DNA from: Tubiluchus corallicola
Lineage: Eukaryota; Animalia; Priapulida
DNA length: 64,000 nucleotides
Direction of reading: 5' to 3'
Assembly (NCBI GenBank): GCA_030141605.1
Contig: JAQGDQ010000914.1
Span: 16,889 to 80,888 of the forward strand
This document shows, piece after piece, positions 49,361-61,724 of the stretch. Every line of letters starts with the position of its first letter. The stretch's first letter is position 1. The position numbers and the translations under genes were made by a program. The notes beneath the pieces are model-generated. The model did not search any database. It was not told the DNA's origin and worked only from the letters and a program-made list of their open reading frames with translations.

Positions 49361-52300
49361 ATGCCAAAGAAACAAGTCGAACTGTCAGGTGCAGGATCGG
49401 TAAGTTGCATTTTCTTTAATCACTTTAACTGATTTATACCTTAAATATGACTCCATGATTTCTTGAAACTTTATAAATGCATATTTATGAACATTCATAA
49501 GAAAGCTGACAACGAGCAGTGAAGAGACTGTAAACTATCTTTAAGTGCAAGAAAAAAGTACAAAACATTAACATGGTTGTACAATGTTATTGGATTTGAT
49601 AATGACAGCACAGAATCAATTTAGCACACAGTCCGTGATGTCAAAATGGGAAACCACAAGAGTAAGAGAAAGAGTAGAAAAACACATTTTTGCACTGTGC
49701 ATTCTGTTTTTAAATAGTGACTGTGTTCTCTTTTTCTTGCTTTCTTCCGTGCTGAATTTGTGATCTATTATAAAATCCAAAAAAGTGTTTTTAACGAACA
49801 TTTGTTTCTGCATTGTAGGACTTTTCATTTATTGTGCCAAATCTTGGGGTTAAAATTACTTATGCGTGTGTGTGTATGTGTGCATGTGCGTGTGTGAGTG
49901 TGCATGTGTGTGTGCATGCATGTGTGTGTATGTGTGCATGTGCATGCATGTGTGTATGTGCATGCATGTGTGTGTGCATGTGTGTGTGTGTGTGCGTACG
50001 CGTGTGTGTGTATGTGCATGCATGTGTGTGTGTGCACATGTGTGTGTATGTGCATGCATGTGTGTATGTGCGTGTGTGCATGTCTGTGTGTACGTGCATG
50101 CACGCATGTGTGTGTGTGCGTATGCGTGTGTGTGTGCGTACATGTGTGTGTGTGCGCGCGTGCATGTGTGAATGTCTGTGTCAGCGGCGGATTATGATTT
50201 TATGGGCCTTAGGCTTGAGCTTGGAACGGGCCTTTTAAATGTTGCTATTACGTGTGTGTGTGTGTGTGTATGTGCATGCATGTGTGTGTGCATGTGTGTG
50301 TGTGTGTGCGTACGCGTGTGTGTGTATGTGCGTGCATGCGTGTGTGTGTGTATGTGCGTGCGTGTTTGTGCGTGTGTGTGTATGTGTGTGCGTGTGTGTG
50401 TGTGAATGTCTGTGTGCATGTGCGTGCATGCGTTTGCGCGTGCATGTGCATGACATTCATTTATCAAATTTATGCAGTACGCATTAACCACTACATACAA
50501 TTTTGAATTAGTTTGTATCTCATTCAGTTCATTCCTAATGAAGTCTTCTTCAATAATTAATTCATGCTGGCAAGCCCAATAAATTTACTGAAGAGGCTTT
50601 TCTTCCATGCTAAAATTTAACATTTATTTTCACTTAGTGTTGTTCAACTTGAGTAGGGTTACCATATTGTCTGAGTTGAAAAAGAGGACACTTTTTCGCA
50701 CACTTGTAAGTAGGCAAAAATAACCAGTCCAAGGTCTATTAAAACAATGCAATTATACAAGTAGGCCTACATGTATTCTAATAGCAACACCAAATGGCTA
50801 TACGTCAAAAAACATTAACACACGGCAACTGTCAGTCGCCTGCTTCTTCTTGGCTCTCAAGAATCACATTTGAGATGTTAGCAACATCTTGCATTGAAAA
50901 TTAACGAGCTTTTTTTCGTCTCGTACTATCGTACGTCTCTGCAGTTAGCAATGTCCGTACATACTTACGGATTGAGGCAAAACCCAGACAAACTGGCGAT
51001 GTTTTGAAAACCCGCCCAGACAGAGGCCCAAAAAGAGGACGTGTCCGGGGAAACCTGGACTTATGGTTACTCTAAACTTGAGTGACCATTTAGAATGCTC
51101 GTTGACGAGAAAGTTAAGTTATTACTTTGACCGATGCATTTGTACATCTTTAATCATCGTTTTGAAAAAATGATTCAATTTTTCGGCTAAGCAACGTGTC
51201 AGATTTGAATGAGAGCTGTACAGAATGGGTAAAATTCGTTGCAAAACTTACCTAAATTCCATTACACTCAAAAGCACCACATGTTTTGAGGACAGAGTAC
51301 AGAAAAAACACAGTCTTGACAAAAGTACAAACTGTCAATAACGCAACATGAAAAAAAACATACTTAACTACTTGTTTGGTGTAATTACATAGTACTAACA
51401 ACATCTGACAGATGCGATTGTGGTTTTTTATTAATATTATTTACTTTTATTATTATTATTAATATTGTTATTATTATTATTATTATTATTATTGTTGTTA
51501 TTATTATTATTGTTATTATTATTATTATTGTTATTGTTATTATTATTGTTATTATTATTATTATAAACTCCAAAGAAATAGTTTCTTGTGATCTTTAGTG
51601 AATCTTAGTTACTTTTCTTTTTCATCTGAAGACAGTACACAGTGGTGTAACTTAAACATTGTTTTGTTTCATTTCTTCATAATGGCACCATAGGCCACAT
51701 ACGAAAAGAGCAAACAGTTAACCTTCACTAATTTATACGGGTGAGCATCGAACGCTCTTTCTTGATTCGAGTCCAAAACTATAGATTCGAATAATTCAGC
51801 ACTTCAATCACATATGTTCCTGATCATTAAAACGATTGAAATTAGCATAATTTAGCTGTGATTTCTGCACACAACATTAAACAAATTACTAGTCGTTTTA
51901 TTGCAGAACGAAATCTAGTGATATGCATGATCTTTATAAGACTAATTTTTACTGGTGGTTCGAAAACTTGTTCGAAAATCGTTCAATCTCAATTCGGATT
52001 CGAAACACTGAAGTTCGGTTCGATTCGAATTCGAAAGTCACAAATTCGGTTCGATTCGAATTCACTTTCTGGTAGAGAATGCTCACCCCACTAATTTAGC
52101 GTTTAATCAATGTACAAAAGAAGTGAAAGGCCAAAAGAATCTAGTAACCCATGCAGCTGATTCGCATCTTCTCAGAGAACAATGATGTTTATGCACAGTT
52201 TCAGTACAAAGATCCGTACGTGAATTACGCCTTCAGGCCAGATGATCACGAAGTCCACGACAGCACAATTTCAGCGAAGATCAAAGCTGCAGAAGAAGCA

Positions 52301-53574
52301 GAAGAGAAGGATGAATTTGTAGTTACGCGCACAAAGCCTCAAGGTTATATGTGCTGTGCCACCGTGACAATATGCGTCGTGTTTGTAGTCATAACAGTCG
52401 TCTTAACCGTCATCTTTGCAAGTGAGTATTTTGCGTTGTAAATAGGGGTGACGAATAGCCAAGTGGTCATTGCATATGTACGAACCGAAGTTAAGCAACG
52501 CCAAGCCCGGCCAATGGTAGTATTAGGCAGGTTTGAGTTACAACGCTTGCTATGGGTGGTTTCATTTGCCATGCTGATTTTGGCTGCTTTAGGAACGTGG
52601 CTTACTAGTATAGTGTTTCTTCTCACAGAACTAGCTGCAATAATGAGCCTAGGTTTCAGTCTTGCCACAAGCTTGCTATGGGTGGTTTCATTTGCCATGC
52701 TGATTTTGGCTGCTTTACGAACATGGCTTACTGGTATAGTGTTTCTTCTCACAGAACCAGCTGCAATAATGAGCCTAGGTTCCAATCTTGCCACAAGTAT
52801 CCAATTTACGTTGGCACTACCACTGACTGCAGATTGGATAAGATTGCAGTGTGTCGAATTCAATAAAAAATACAGCTAGTTACTAAACAACATGGAAAGT
52901 TTAACAGACTGTCAGACAATTAAGAACATTTTTGCAAAAAACAACTTTTTGATGCAAATCTCCCTAACTAATTTGCTAGTGACAGGAGGTACGTGTTGAC
53001 GTTGTTCTTCAATCGAGTCTGTAGTAAACTATACCTCAGCAATTTTCTACTGGAGAATTCCATGGATAAGAGGCCCGGGGGAAAAGCCAAGCCAGATTTA
53101 TAGGCGGCTGTTCGGCACACAGTAATGTGCAGTCCCAGTGTCAGAAGATGAAAAGCAGCAGAAACGCTAGCAGTAAGAACAAACTGAGCATTCAGGAATC
53201 AGTGACGAGTGATCCTGAGCGACACATGAACATGAATAAATGTAGCAGTTCACCCTCAGTACATAATTTCTCTGATGCATTAATCACCACATCCAGGGCC
53301 TATTTCAGCCTAGGCGAGGCCCGGGGAAGTGGAGCGTGTGAGGCCCCATCGGGGGGGGGGTAAGTGCCGGGGCAGGCGCTACCGTGGTTGGCGCCTAGAA
53401 AATTTTTGGACTGCTAGAACGCCGGAGAAGCATTTTCGAAGAGAAAATATGGAGTTATACAGTTGTTAAAGGAAAGAACAATTGAAAGAAAAACTGCTTT
53501 ATTCTCAAAACCAGTCCTTAATACTTGTCAATACTGGCAAACGGCGAGCCTGCGGCGAGAGAGGGAGAGAGAGA

Positions 53575-53653
<79 letters not shown>

Positions 53654-53908
53654 AAGTATGTTCGCATAAAGCAAAAAGATGTTACCTTGGCGCGAGGCCC
53701 CCATGGAGGGTGAGGCCCCGGGGAAGTATCCCCACTTCCCCCCCTTGAAATAGGCCCTGACCACATCACACTACATCTAAAGTGTAAACCAATTCAAATC
53801 CAGGCGTACATATGTGATCTTACTAACCTCTATGAGTCTATCATTTACAATGCTTTTAATTTGATTTCAGAACTGGAAGAGGACGACTACGATGGGACGT
53901 GCGGATAG
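49361..53908 (+). CDS. Small orphan single-pass membrane protein; tentative exons 49361-49399, 52157-52421, 53871-53908 (about 113 aa)
   Basis: Core exon has ordinary coding composition and a TM helix ([23 protein letters not shown]). Donor A|gtgagt joins in phase to ttcag|AA CTG GAA..., giving [12 protein letters not shown], followed by AATAAA at about 53986. First exon (AAAATG...TCG|gtaagt, TATA at about 49214) and the middle-exon acceptor are less certain. Confidence 0.55.
49860..50450. repeat. (TG)n/(CATG) low-complexity arrays, two blocks
   Basis: Visible; explains the HT/CV-repeat ORFs. Confidence 0.95.
50654..51074. mobile_element. hAT (Blackjack-like) MITE
   Basis: TIRs TAGGGTTACCATA/TATGGTTACTCTA; perfect 8-bp TSD AACTTGAG. 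Confidence 0.85.
51736..52090. mobile_element. hAT-type MITE with TTCGA subterminal repeats
   Basis: Inverted GGGTGAGCAT/ATGCTCACCC near the ends; perfect 8-bp TSD CTAATTTA. Confidence 0.8.
52545..52797. repeat. 126-bp tandem duplication (2 copies), preceded by a short 5S rRNA fragment at about 52484-52511
   Basis: GCTTGCTATGGGTGGTTTCATTTGCCATGCTG...CTTGCCACAA occurs twice; ACCGAAGTTAAGCAACGCCAAGCCCGG matches the 5S A-box region. Confidence 0.8.
53294..53759 (+). mobile_element. hAT MITE family B, copy 2 (internal (GA)n)
   Basis: TIRs CAGGGCCTATTTCA/TGAAATAGGCCCTG; perfect 8-bp TSD ACCACATC. Confidence 0.9.
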
Positions 53909-54021
53909 CAACCTTTGCGAAATACGAAGTCAACCTTGTGAAAATCTATGACTTTATTAATAGTGCCATTCTCAGAACTTTGTTAAATAAAACATTATAG
54001 AATAGTTTGCTTGAAAATTAA

Positions 54022-54565
54022 AGGAAGACCAGATGATTGATTAGACTCAATCTCGTTTTAATTTACTGTCCAAAATACACACTTTCTTGCCCTAAAAAAG
54101 TTAAAAATTGCTCCTTATATTTGAATAATTAGCTTAGAAATTTAATTAACGACAACCAAAGAACACAGCTATTGCTTACGCCAGAAACTAACCAAAGTTT
54201 GTGCAGTAACATCTTCCTTTGTGCATCAAGCACGTTTGCGTAAGTGTTACTGTTTAAACGCGTGAAGTCGCAAAAAATTGGCTTTACATCATATGACGTC
54301 AGAAACGAACACAGCAGTTCATGATTATGCTTATCATGGTACCGCCTTCTATTTATCGGCCACACACACGTGACAAAAAGGCACCGTTGCCAGTCTTAGT
54401 AGATTCACTAAGCCGCACGTAGCTTTGAAAGTTTAGCGAAATTTGAGTATCCGAGGTAATTATCATTTAATTTAAGCTTTGATATAAAAAAAGCTATTGT
54501 AGTTTTCAATATTTTAGAGCATTCTTTATTTTGAGCTCGTGTTTATACAATCATCCGGTTTTCCT
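54022..54565 (-). mobile_element. Kolobok-like MITE family C, copy 2
   Basis: TTAA|AGGAAGACC...GGTTTTCCT|TTAA; reverse-complement homolog of 22519-23040. Confidence 0.8.
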
Positions 54566-55049
54566 TTAAGTTTACTACAGTGATCCATAGAATGAAGATG
54601 TTTATATATAGCAGAATAGGCGCTGGCTGAAAAAGTAGTTCCTTCGTAAAAGCCACAAGTAGTAAATAAATATTTTGTAAATATTGCTAAAGTTATGAAA
54701 GGAAATGTGTGTGCTCATCAAGCTGCTCCAAACAAAACATGTGCAAGAGGCTTGTGAGTTTCTAGCAGGCTTAGGTAAACAGTTACAGTAAAAAAATGAA
54801 AAATTGAATACGGATATTATAGGCTCAAAAACATAGAGTTTTTATCATTAATTTATTAGTGAAAGGCGGTAGAAATTCAGGGGGTGGGGGGCATTTGTTG
54901 TTAACAGAAAAACATTTTTTGTAAAGAAATGTACAGATAAGCGATCCGAGTGATTTGCATTCGTTTTGCCCAAGCAGCCCAAGTATGTCTATTGTTAAAA
55001 GTATGGCAGGCAAAGATGCTTAAATTTAAAAAATGAAAAATATTGGTAT

Positions 55050-55530
55050 TTTTTTAGAAAAACAGACCAATATATTCAATTCTAAAACCATTTTTGTTGA
55101 CAGACATCTGGCAGACATTGCGTGTTAATCTTATGCAAAACTGTATTATGTGACCAAATCAGCAATTTAACTGCATTTATTGAGAGAACCTACAGATAAG
55201 GGAATCAGTAACAATCAGTCAATGATCTACACCTTAGGCTCTGTGCCTAGCATGTGTGCAGATTATGGAATATGTGAATGCTGTAGAAGGTAACGCCCTT
55301 TCAGATGAGAGGCTGATCAAAATTCACAATAACACTATGGTGGATTCAACCATGCAGCAGCTTGTTTCAGTCATAAAGCAAGGTTATGTTAGAGACTATT
55401 AGCCTTATCGTGATGAGACGAGTATTCAAGCTGGTATAATTTTTCGGGGCACACGTCGTCATATCAAAAGTGATGTGTCCTCAGATGAAAGCAAAGTCAC
55501 ATGAAGCTCATCTATTGTAAACAGGAGTCA
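55050..55530 (+). mobile_element. Decayed Gypsy/Ty3 pol fragment (region between RNase H and the integrase zinc-binding domain)
   Basis: Broken frames give DSTMQQLVSVIKQG, PYRDETSIQAGIIFRGTR and HEAH, resembling the RDELS..DG....G.RVVIP...HE.H signature. Confidence 0.55.
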
Positions 55531-55905
55531 TTAGAAAGACCATAATACCTAATATTCACAAATATTATATTAGAAAACCCAAAAAACCTCTAGACAACCA
55601 TCAGAAGTTCCTCAAAACACAGATCATCAGTTAGATGTTGACCAATGTTAACAAGCAAAAAAGCATCAAGAAATTTGTCTTTCAAATCTTACGATATTTG
55701 TCAATTTTCCTCCAATATTGATTTTGAATTGAATTTATTTAACATTTCACATTCCTGTTATAAGTTGTCTATTTCATTAATATTTGAAAATGTGAAACAT
55801 CATACTAATGACTGTCTGCATTCATCTTGCAATTAAACAGTTTGAAACTACACACACCTCCACACCTCTAATGACTGATTCAAAAACAAAAAAAATCGAT
55901 AAAAA

Positions 55906-56427
55906 CAGGGATGAGAATGACAAAATGCAAAAAACTCTGAAACAGGCCGAGGGTTTTGGGGTCACCTTGGCCCCCAATGGGGTTGAGGGGCAAAGTCCCC
56001 TTGGAGCCAGCAAGAAATTGCAATTTTGTGACCATAGAGAACCTCTAAGTGGACTTAAAATATCAGTTACCTTGTTTCACGCATAATTTAAAATAACCAA
56101 CTATCAAGGATACATGATGCCTAATTGTCTCAAAAACGCCTAAGTACTGGCTGCTCCTATGCAAAAGTATATAAAAACTGTATGCAATTGACTCAAATAA
56201 CTCTGCATAATTGACTCTATATTTTTATACATAGAGATATACACGTGGTTACATAGATGTATGTGATGTAAACAAAGTGACGGCCTGCCAACTAGCGGTC
56301 AGCTTGTGAAATAATGTAATGGGTCCGTAAAAATTTTTTCAACGAATTTACGCGATTTACAAAAATGGCACTACTGGTCTTCCAAACACCCAGAATTCCG
56401 CGTATCCACGGAAAATTCTCATCCCTG
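55906..56427 (-). mobile_element. MITE family A, copy 4
   Basis: Same TIRs; perfect 6-bp TSD TAAAAA. Confidence 0.9.
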
Positions 56428-59400
56428 TAAAAAGGCCTTTCAAGATCTTGGAAATCACCATTAAATGACATGTTTATGTTTCGTGCTAAGGCAATGTGGC
56501 TTCTAAAGCAATTTATGTTCTTCACAGACTTTACAGTAAAAGGTTATGAATAAAGTCAGTTGTAGTTACCAAATGCTTCTACACTCTGGCATTGCAGTTT
56601 GCAGCATAAATTAAACAAAACCCAAGGAAAAACTGTAATTTTATCATTTTGTACAAAATAATATAGTTTTTTGTCTCTGTTATCCATTTACAGTTCACAG
56701 TATTTAGTACAACTGTATTATTATAAGTTCTCATGTTGACTTGTTCAGTAAAATGGTAAATTCAGTGATTTGTTAATTATACATGACGTAATATGAATGA
56801 AATCGTAGGTATAGATGTAGGTTGCAAATTTAGATTCTACAAGTAGCTGCTAACTGCAATACTTATTTAGATTACTAATCTGACACTCTTGCCTTTAACA
56901 GTGGAAGTTTAGTAAAAGTGACGTGCGTCTTTTGTAATATTTTTGTTAATGTTACGACACCTACTTTATGGCAAATAAAGATTTAATATACTGGTTATGT
57001 GCTATTTGGTACTAATAAGTGACCGGTCTAACAAAACTGTCAAGATACACAGATGCAGGAGTGACCATGATGCATTTTCCTTCGTCTTCAAACTGTCAAG
57101 TAACACTTGCAATGTCAAGGATTTTTGTTTGTTAAATTTAATATAGCGTTTTACAGTTACAAGTGGCGACATCTGGCTTCAATATTTGCGACCTAGTCAA
57201 AAACCGGTCATTCAAGTTTCAATGTGTTCAAGTGATGACGTGTTTCTGTGTAACTCACGATTTAATGCCAACGATGTATGTAAATTTTATTTAGTTATTT
57301 ACTGAAAGTCTCTCATTAATTTCGATTAATCGTAATCGATCCTTTGATAAGAAATGAATTAGTTTATTAAAGGAATTTATATATCTTGTTTCAGATAAAA
57401 TGTATAATTTTGTGTAATGGCGTCTCAGTGTCAGGTATGAAGTAAATGACTAAGGGGCACGTGACGTGAAGATGGTATACAAACGATAAACTGTTATGCT
57501 AAGCAAAAATGATGACTTTGTTTGTCACCATAAAGCCCAAACATGCAAGCTCAAATCATTATGACATGCAAGAGCTGTAATGAATCGCATATTATTGGCA
57601 CGCGTATTTAACAATGTTTACTAAACTACCTTATCACAGGCATGTAAATGTAGAAACTTTCAATGGCAAATTCTACATTCAGACATTTTGGGGAAAAAGT
57701 GCAAGTTCGCTTCATCGCTGATGGCATGAAATGCTAAGAATAGAGAGAATACTCTCGCTTAATAAAAATCAAACCGTAATTTTAGGTTTTGGCAAATCTA
57801 GTTCTCAAATGAACCCAACATTAGGAGCCTGAATACAAGAAAGATTTAACTTGCCACAAACCAAGTAAATGAATTGTTACGGCTGGATGACATCAAACTA
57901 TTCTCAACACTCTTTGCAACTTTTCAGAACTGAAATCGATCAGTGGAATTCCCTCCAGACAGAAATTGTGAATGTCACAAGAGTTGATACAATTAAAAGA
58001 AAACTTTATAAATATATTTTTATAAGAGGGTATATTACAATTAAAAGAAAACTTAATAACTGTACATTATCTACAAGGTACGTTACAATTAAAAGAAAAC
58101 CTGATAAAAATTATTTTTACAATAATATCATTTATAATTATATGTTCTTTACTAACTAGCTTGCGGTGGCACGATATCCAGTCAATAACTAATTCACCAG
58201 GATTACTGAAATTACGGACAATCTTCTTCATCACACTTACCTGAGATGGTAAGCACTGCATACAAGTTACCACAGCCTTACTAAAAATGAAAATAAAACC
58301 TATGCATACTGACATTCCTTAGACACCGATGCCGCTCATTACGATTTAGCGCCAGGAAACTAATTACCTTTCAATTGCAACTTCAGTGACTTTTATTCGA
58401 TTTAGTTTCCACTATTTTGTCTCAACATGCTGAGAAATACGTTTTTCCAACGAATTTGAGTAAATCTACGGAGTTGTAAATCCTAATAAAAGACACCTTC
58501 GGCAATTTTCACTTCAGAATTTTGTTCAGTTCGATTTTGTTGACTAATATACCATAAAATTCACCAGAGCCTCAAACAATCTAAAACGATTTTCGCTTTT
58601 TTTCCTTATGCATGACTTGTCTATTTCAATCAAATGCCGTAAGCGGTTTTTGATGTGTAAAATTTTGGTCGTAGTCTTCTCAGTGGGCTAGCACTCACTT
58701 TGTTCAAAGCTATTTTCATCATACGGCTAAACAAACGCACAATAATTATTATAACTGTTGCGCAATAGTATTAACAATAATACTTAGTTGGCGCACACAA
58801 GTGAAATACTGTGCAATATAAATTTGCAGTTTTCGATGTAGCTTGTCAGTATCGCTCGTCAATGACAGACGTTCAGTCCTTCCGAACACTAATATCTCAA
58901 ATCTACCAGGTCTACCAAATCAAGGCAAAGTTCATGATATTCGGCAGGGTTTCTTTTTGTTGCATGCCGACCTTTAGATCAGTCCGTTAATGTATTACAT
59001 CCCTTAAAATGTTCTGAACAGATCTCAACCGACTTTGTTATTGAACTTGTCATGAATTTGTCATCCAAATCCTGCATTGTAGATCATCTGCATACTTATC
59101 TCTTGAAGAAAAGAATACGAGAAATAGCACCTACTGCGAGAAGGGACGCGGCGTGATTGAAAAGTGATTCGCCCTAGGAGAAGCATTATATCACGGAACT
59201 CAGAGAACGCGAGCAGGAATGAAAATGTAGGGACAAAAGAGAGGGCCAGGGTAGATGAAATGCTGTCGATTTGTAACCTTACGCTCGAGAATTTAGGACT
59301 GGTTCTAACGTTATATCAAAAAATAATGATATGGTATTATAAGAAATAAGTTTGACTAGAACAACTGGTTGAGGGACTCACTAAATTTGAACCATGGTGG

Positions 59401-59769
59401 ATGAAAAATCTGACTCCGTCAGTCAGACTATAGATGAGAAATTGTTTGTAGTACATTCATGTGAGGTTTCTCGACAATTTCAAGATAACGGTACTTACTG
59501 CTTACGGCTTTTTAGAAATGACATCATCGGCACCATCTTGAATTTAAGTGGCGGATCGAAATTCGATTTTGTTAATGGGTGCAGAATTTGATCTGGTGTA
59601 TTATTCCTATATTTTTTATAACGATCCATTGCGAAATCATGAAGCCTACAGCTTTTTTCAAAAATGCAACAACAACAACTAGGAATTGAGATTTGAGTTT
59701 AGTCCGTCTACCAAGAAGAACAGAATCGCTTGAAAATAACCACGCTCGTGTCACATCGGCTTACGTAAA

Positions 59770-59921
<152 letters not shown>

Positions 59922-60075
59922 AAACCCTTTCAAAGACAAGTTTTAAATCAACAAGTCATTCAAAATAAATGCGGAAAAATTTCCTGTCACTATTGTTGAA
60001 ATTTATAGGATGTATCCACAATTTTCAGTGTAAACTTGGTGAAGGCGTTTCTTCCCGTTTCTCAACTGGTCCCAC

Positions 60076-60114
60076 CAAGGAGGTTTAATAGTAGGAGTAT
60101 ATGAAACCTCCTTG
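60076..60114. mobile_element. 39-bp micro-MITE with 11-bp TIRs and 8-bp TSD
   Basis: GGTCCCAC|CAAGGAGGTTT-17 nt-AAACCTCCTTG|GGTCCCAC. Confidence 0.8.
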
Positions 60115-60269
60115 GGTCCCACACACTCAACGATTTTTGCCTTTTCAATTACTTCTCTGTATCATCAGACTGTATGTACACGTGTGGCTGTCACGCACTT
60201 TCTTAAGAAAATTCCAGACGCTTAGTTCAGAGGATTAAGTCCGTTTTTTATCGCTAACAAACCGTTCTT

Positions 60270-60725
60270 TTTCTTCTTCCCAGCTTATCCCTATTCGGGG
60301 TCGCCGTTGTGAATGAGTCTTCTCCACGCATTCCTGTTGTTGACCATCTCTTCATTTATGTCTTCCTACATGATCTACACCGACTCCTCTTTTCAGGTGT
60401 CCGTACCATCGCAATCTTGCGAGGCTTCCACTACTTTTACTGTTCCTCTGATATAATTATTTCTAATTTTATCTCTTCTTGTTATCCACACCATCCATCT
60501 CAACATCCTCATCTCCACCACGCCCATTTTCTTCTCTTCGGTCTTCTTAAGAGAAGCTGCTTCCGGCCCATAGATTAGAGCGGGTCCTTTGTGGACTTTA
60601 CCTTTAACTCTCACCGACTCATTCATTTTGGCGCAGTTTTTACAGGCTCCTGACCCTAACCCTCCCTATTTATCCGGGCTTGGGACCGGCACTGAGTTGG
60701 GCTGGCTTGAGAGTGGCTAGGTTGT
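60270..60725 (-). mobile_element. RTE-clade LINE-derived fragment
   Basis: Translation P.LIYG.E...LKK.EE.KM.V.EMRMLRWM..ITRRDKIRN.YIRG is typical of the RTE ORF C-terminal region; (GAA)n-type tail. TCGCTAACAAAC occurs on both sides (about 60251 and 60725), a possible TSD. Confidence 0.7.
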
Positions 60726-61724
60726 CGCTAACAAACTGGCATCAGTGCTTCACCTTTTATTAGCAAGCCCATGGTGTAACTTGGTTAATTTCTTTATTGT
60801 TTTGCCGAATTACGTGTTGAGTACTTTACACTTTATGGCTGTTTTTCACACTTCCTGCATTTAAATTTTTGACGTGGAAAACGTTTTCGAGCTTAACCAC
60901 TAAAGCTATAAACTTGTAACTGTCACAGCTAAAAGCAAAGGTATCGTAATTCCATACCGTGAGATTTCCAACTTTGTTGGATACTCACTTCTAATATTAT
61001 TGCTATCTAACTTCGGCATACTTTTTTGAGCTGCTCGATGTATTTTTCGATATTGAAGATTCAGAATATGTCAGAATGATTCATAAAACAATCAGTAAGT
61101 CTAATTATTGCTCCAGATTTCTTTAAAGTTTCTTTTTGGATATGGCAATTAGCCAGCCGTCTCATTTGTGTAATAATTATGAGAGTTAATGGCATTTTTA
61201 CAACAATCATCGTGACTGTGGTACAGAATTTCGTGATAAATACAAACTTCGCCTGCTTCAGACTTCTGTTATCTTTTTCTAGAAAACAGTTTCGTTCGGT
61301 TCTCATCAGTGAATCTAAGTAAATTCTAGAACATAACATGAGATTGATGATGATGATAATGAAAATAACGATAACGATAACAACAACAACAACGGAGATG
61401 CTTTATAATTTTTCAAACAAAAAATGTTTTATGATAATTCGCATTAACCAAAACGTTGGTACTTTAAATTCCCAATGTCCATTAGAGCCCCTTACAGTAG
61501 GCGTCAGACCACGCCTAGTCAGCTGATTGCGTGCTGTACAGTACTACTGGTAGCTAAGCTTTCCCATGGATGTGCTGGGTTACTGTTACCCAAACAACGT
61601 GTAATCCGTCCCTGGACCTGGGTGGAAGCTTGGACTATGAACAACGGTGCCCAGGTTGCGTGGTGTTACAGCTAAAAGTTTAGCAGTCGGTTATCACTAA
61701 GCATTAATTTTGGCAACTTCCAGA

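Noticed and set aside
49825-50506. His/Thr- and Cys/Val-repeat ORFs
   Set aside because: Dinucleotide-repeat translations.
52345-52879. Hydrophobic 143-aa and 172-aa ORFs
   Set aside because: They lie in the intron of the small TM gene, and their length comes from a 126-bp tandem duplication plus a 5S fragment.
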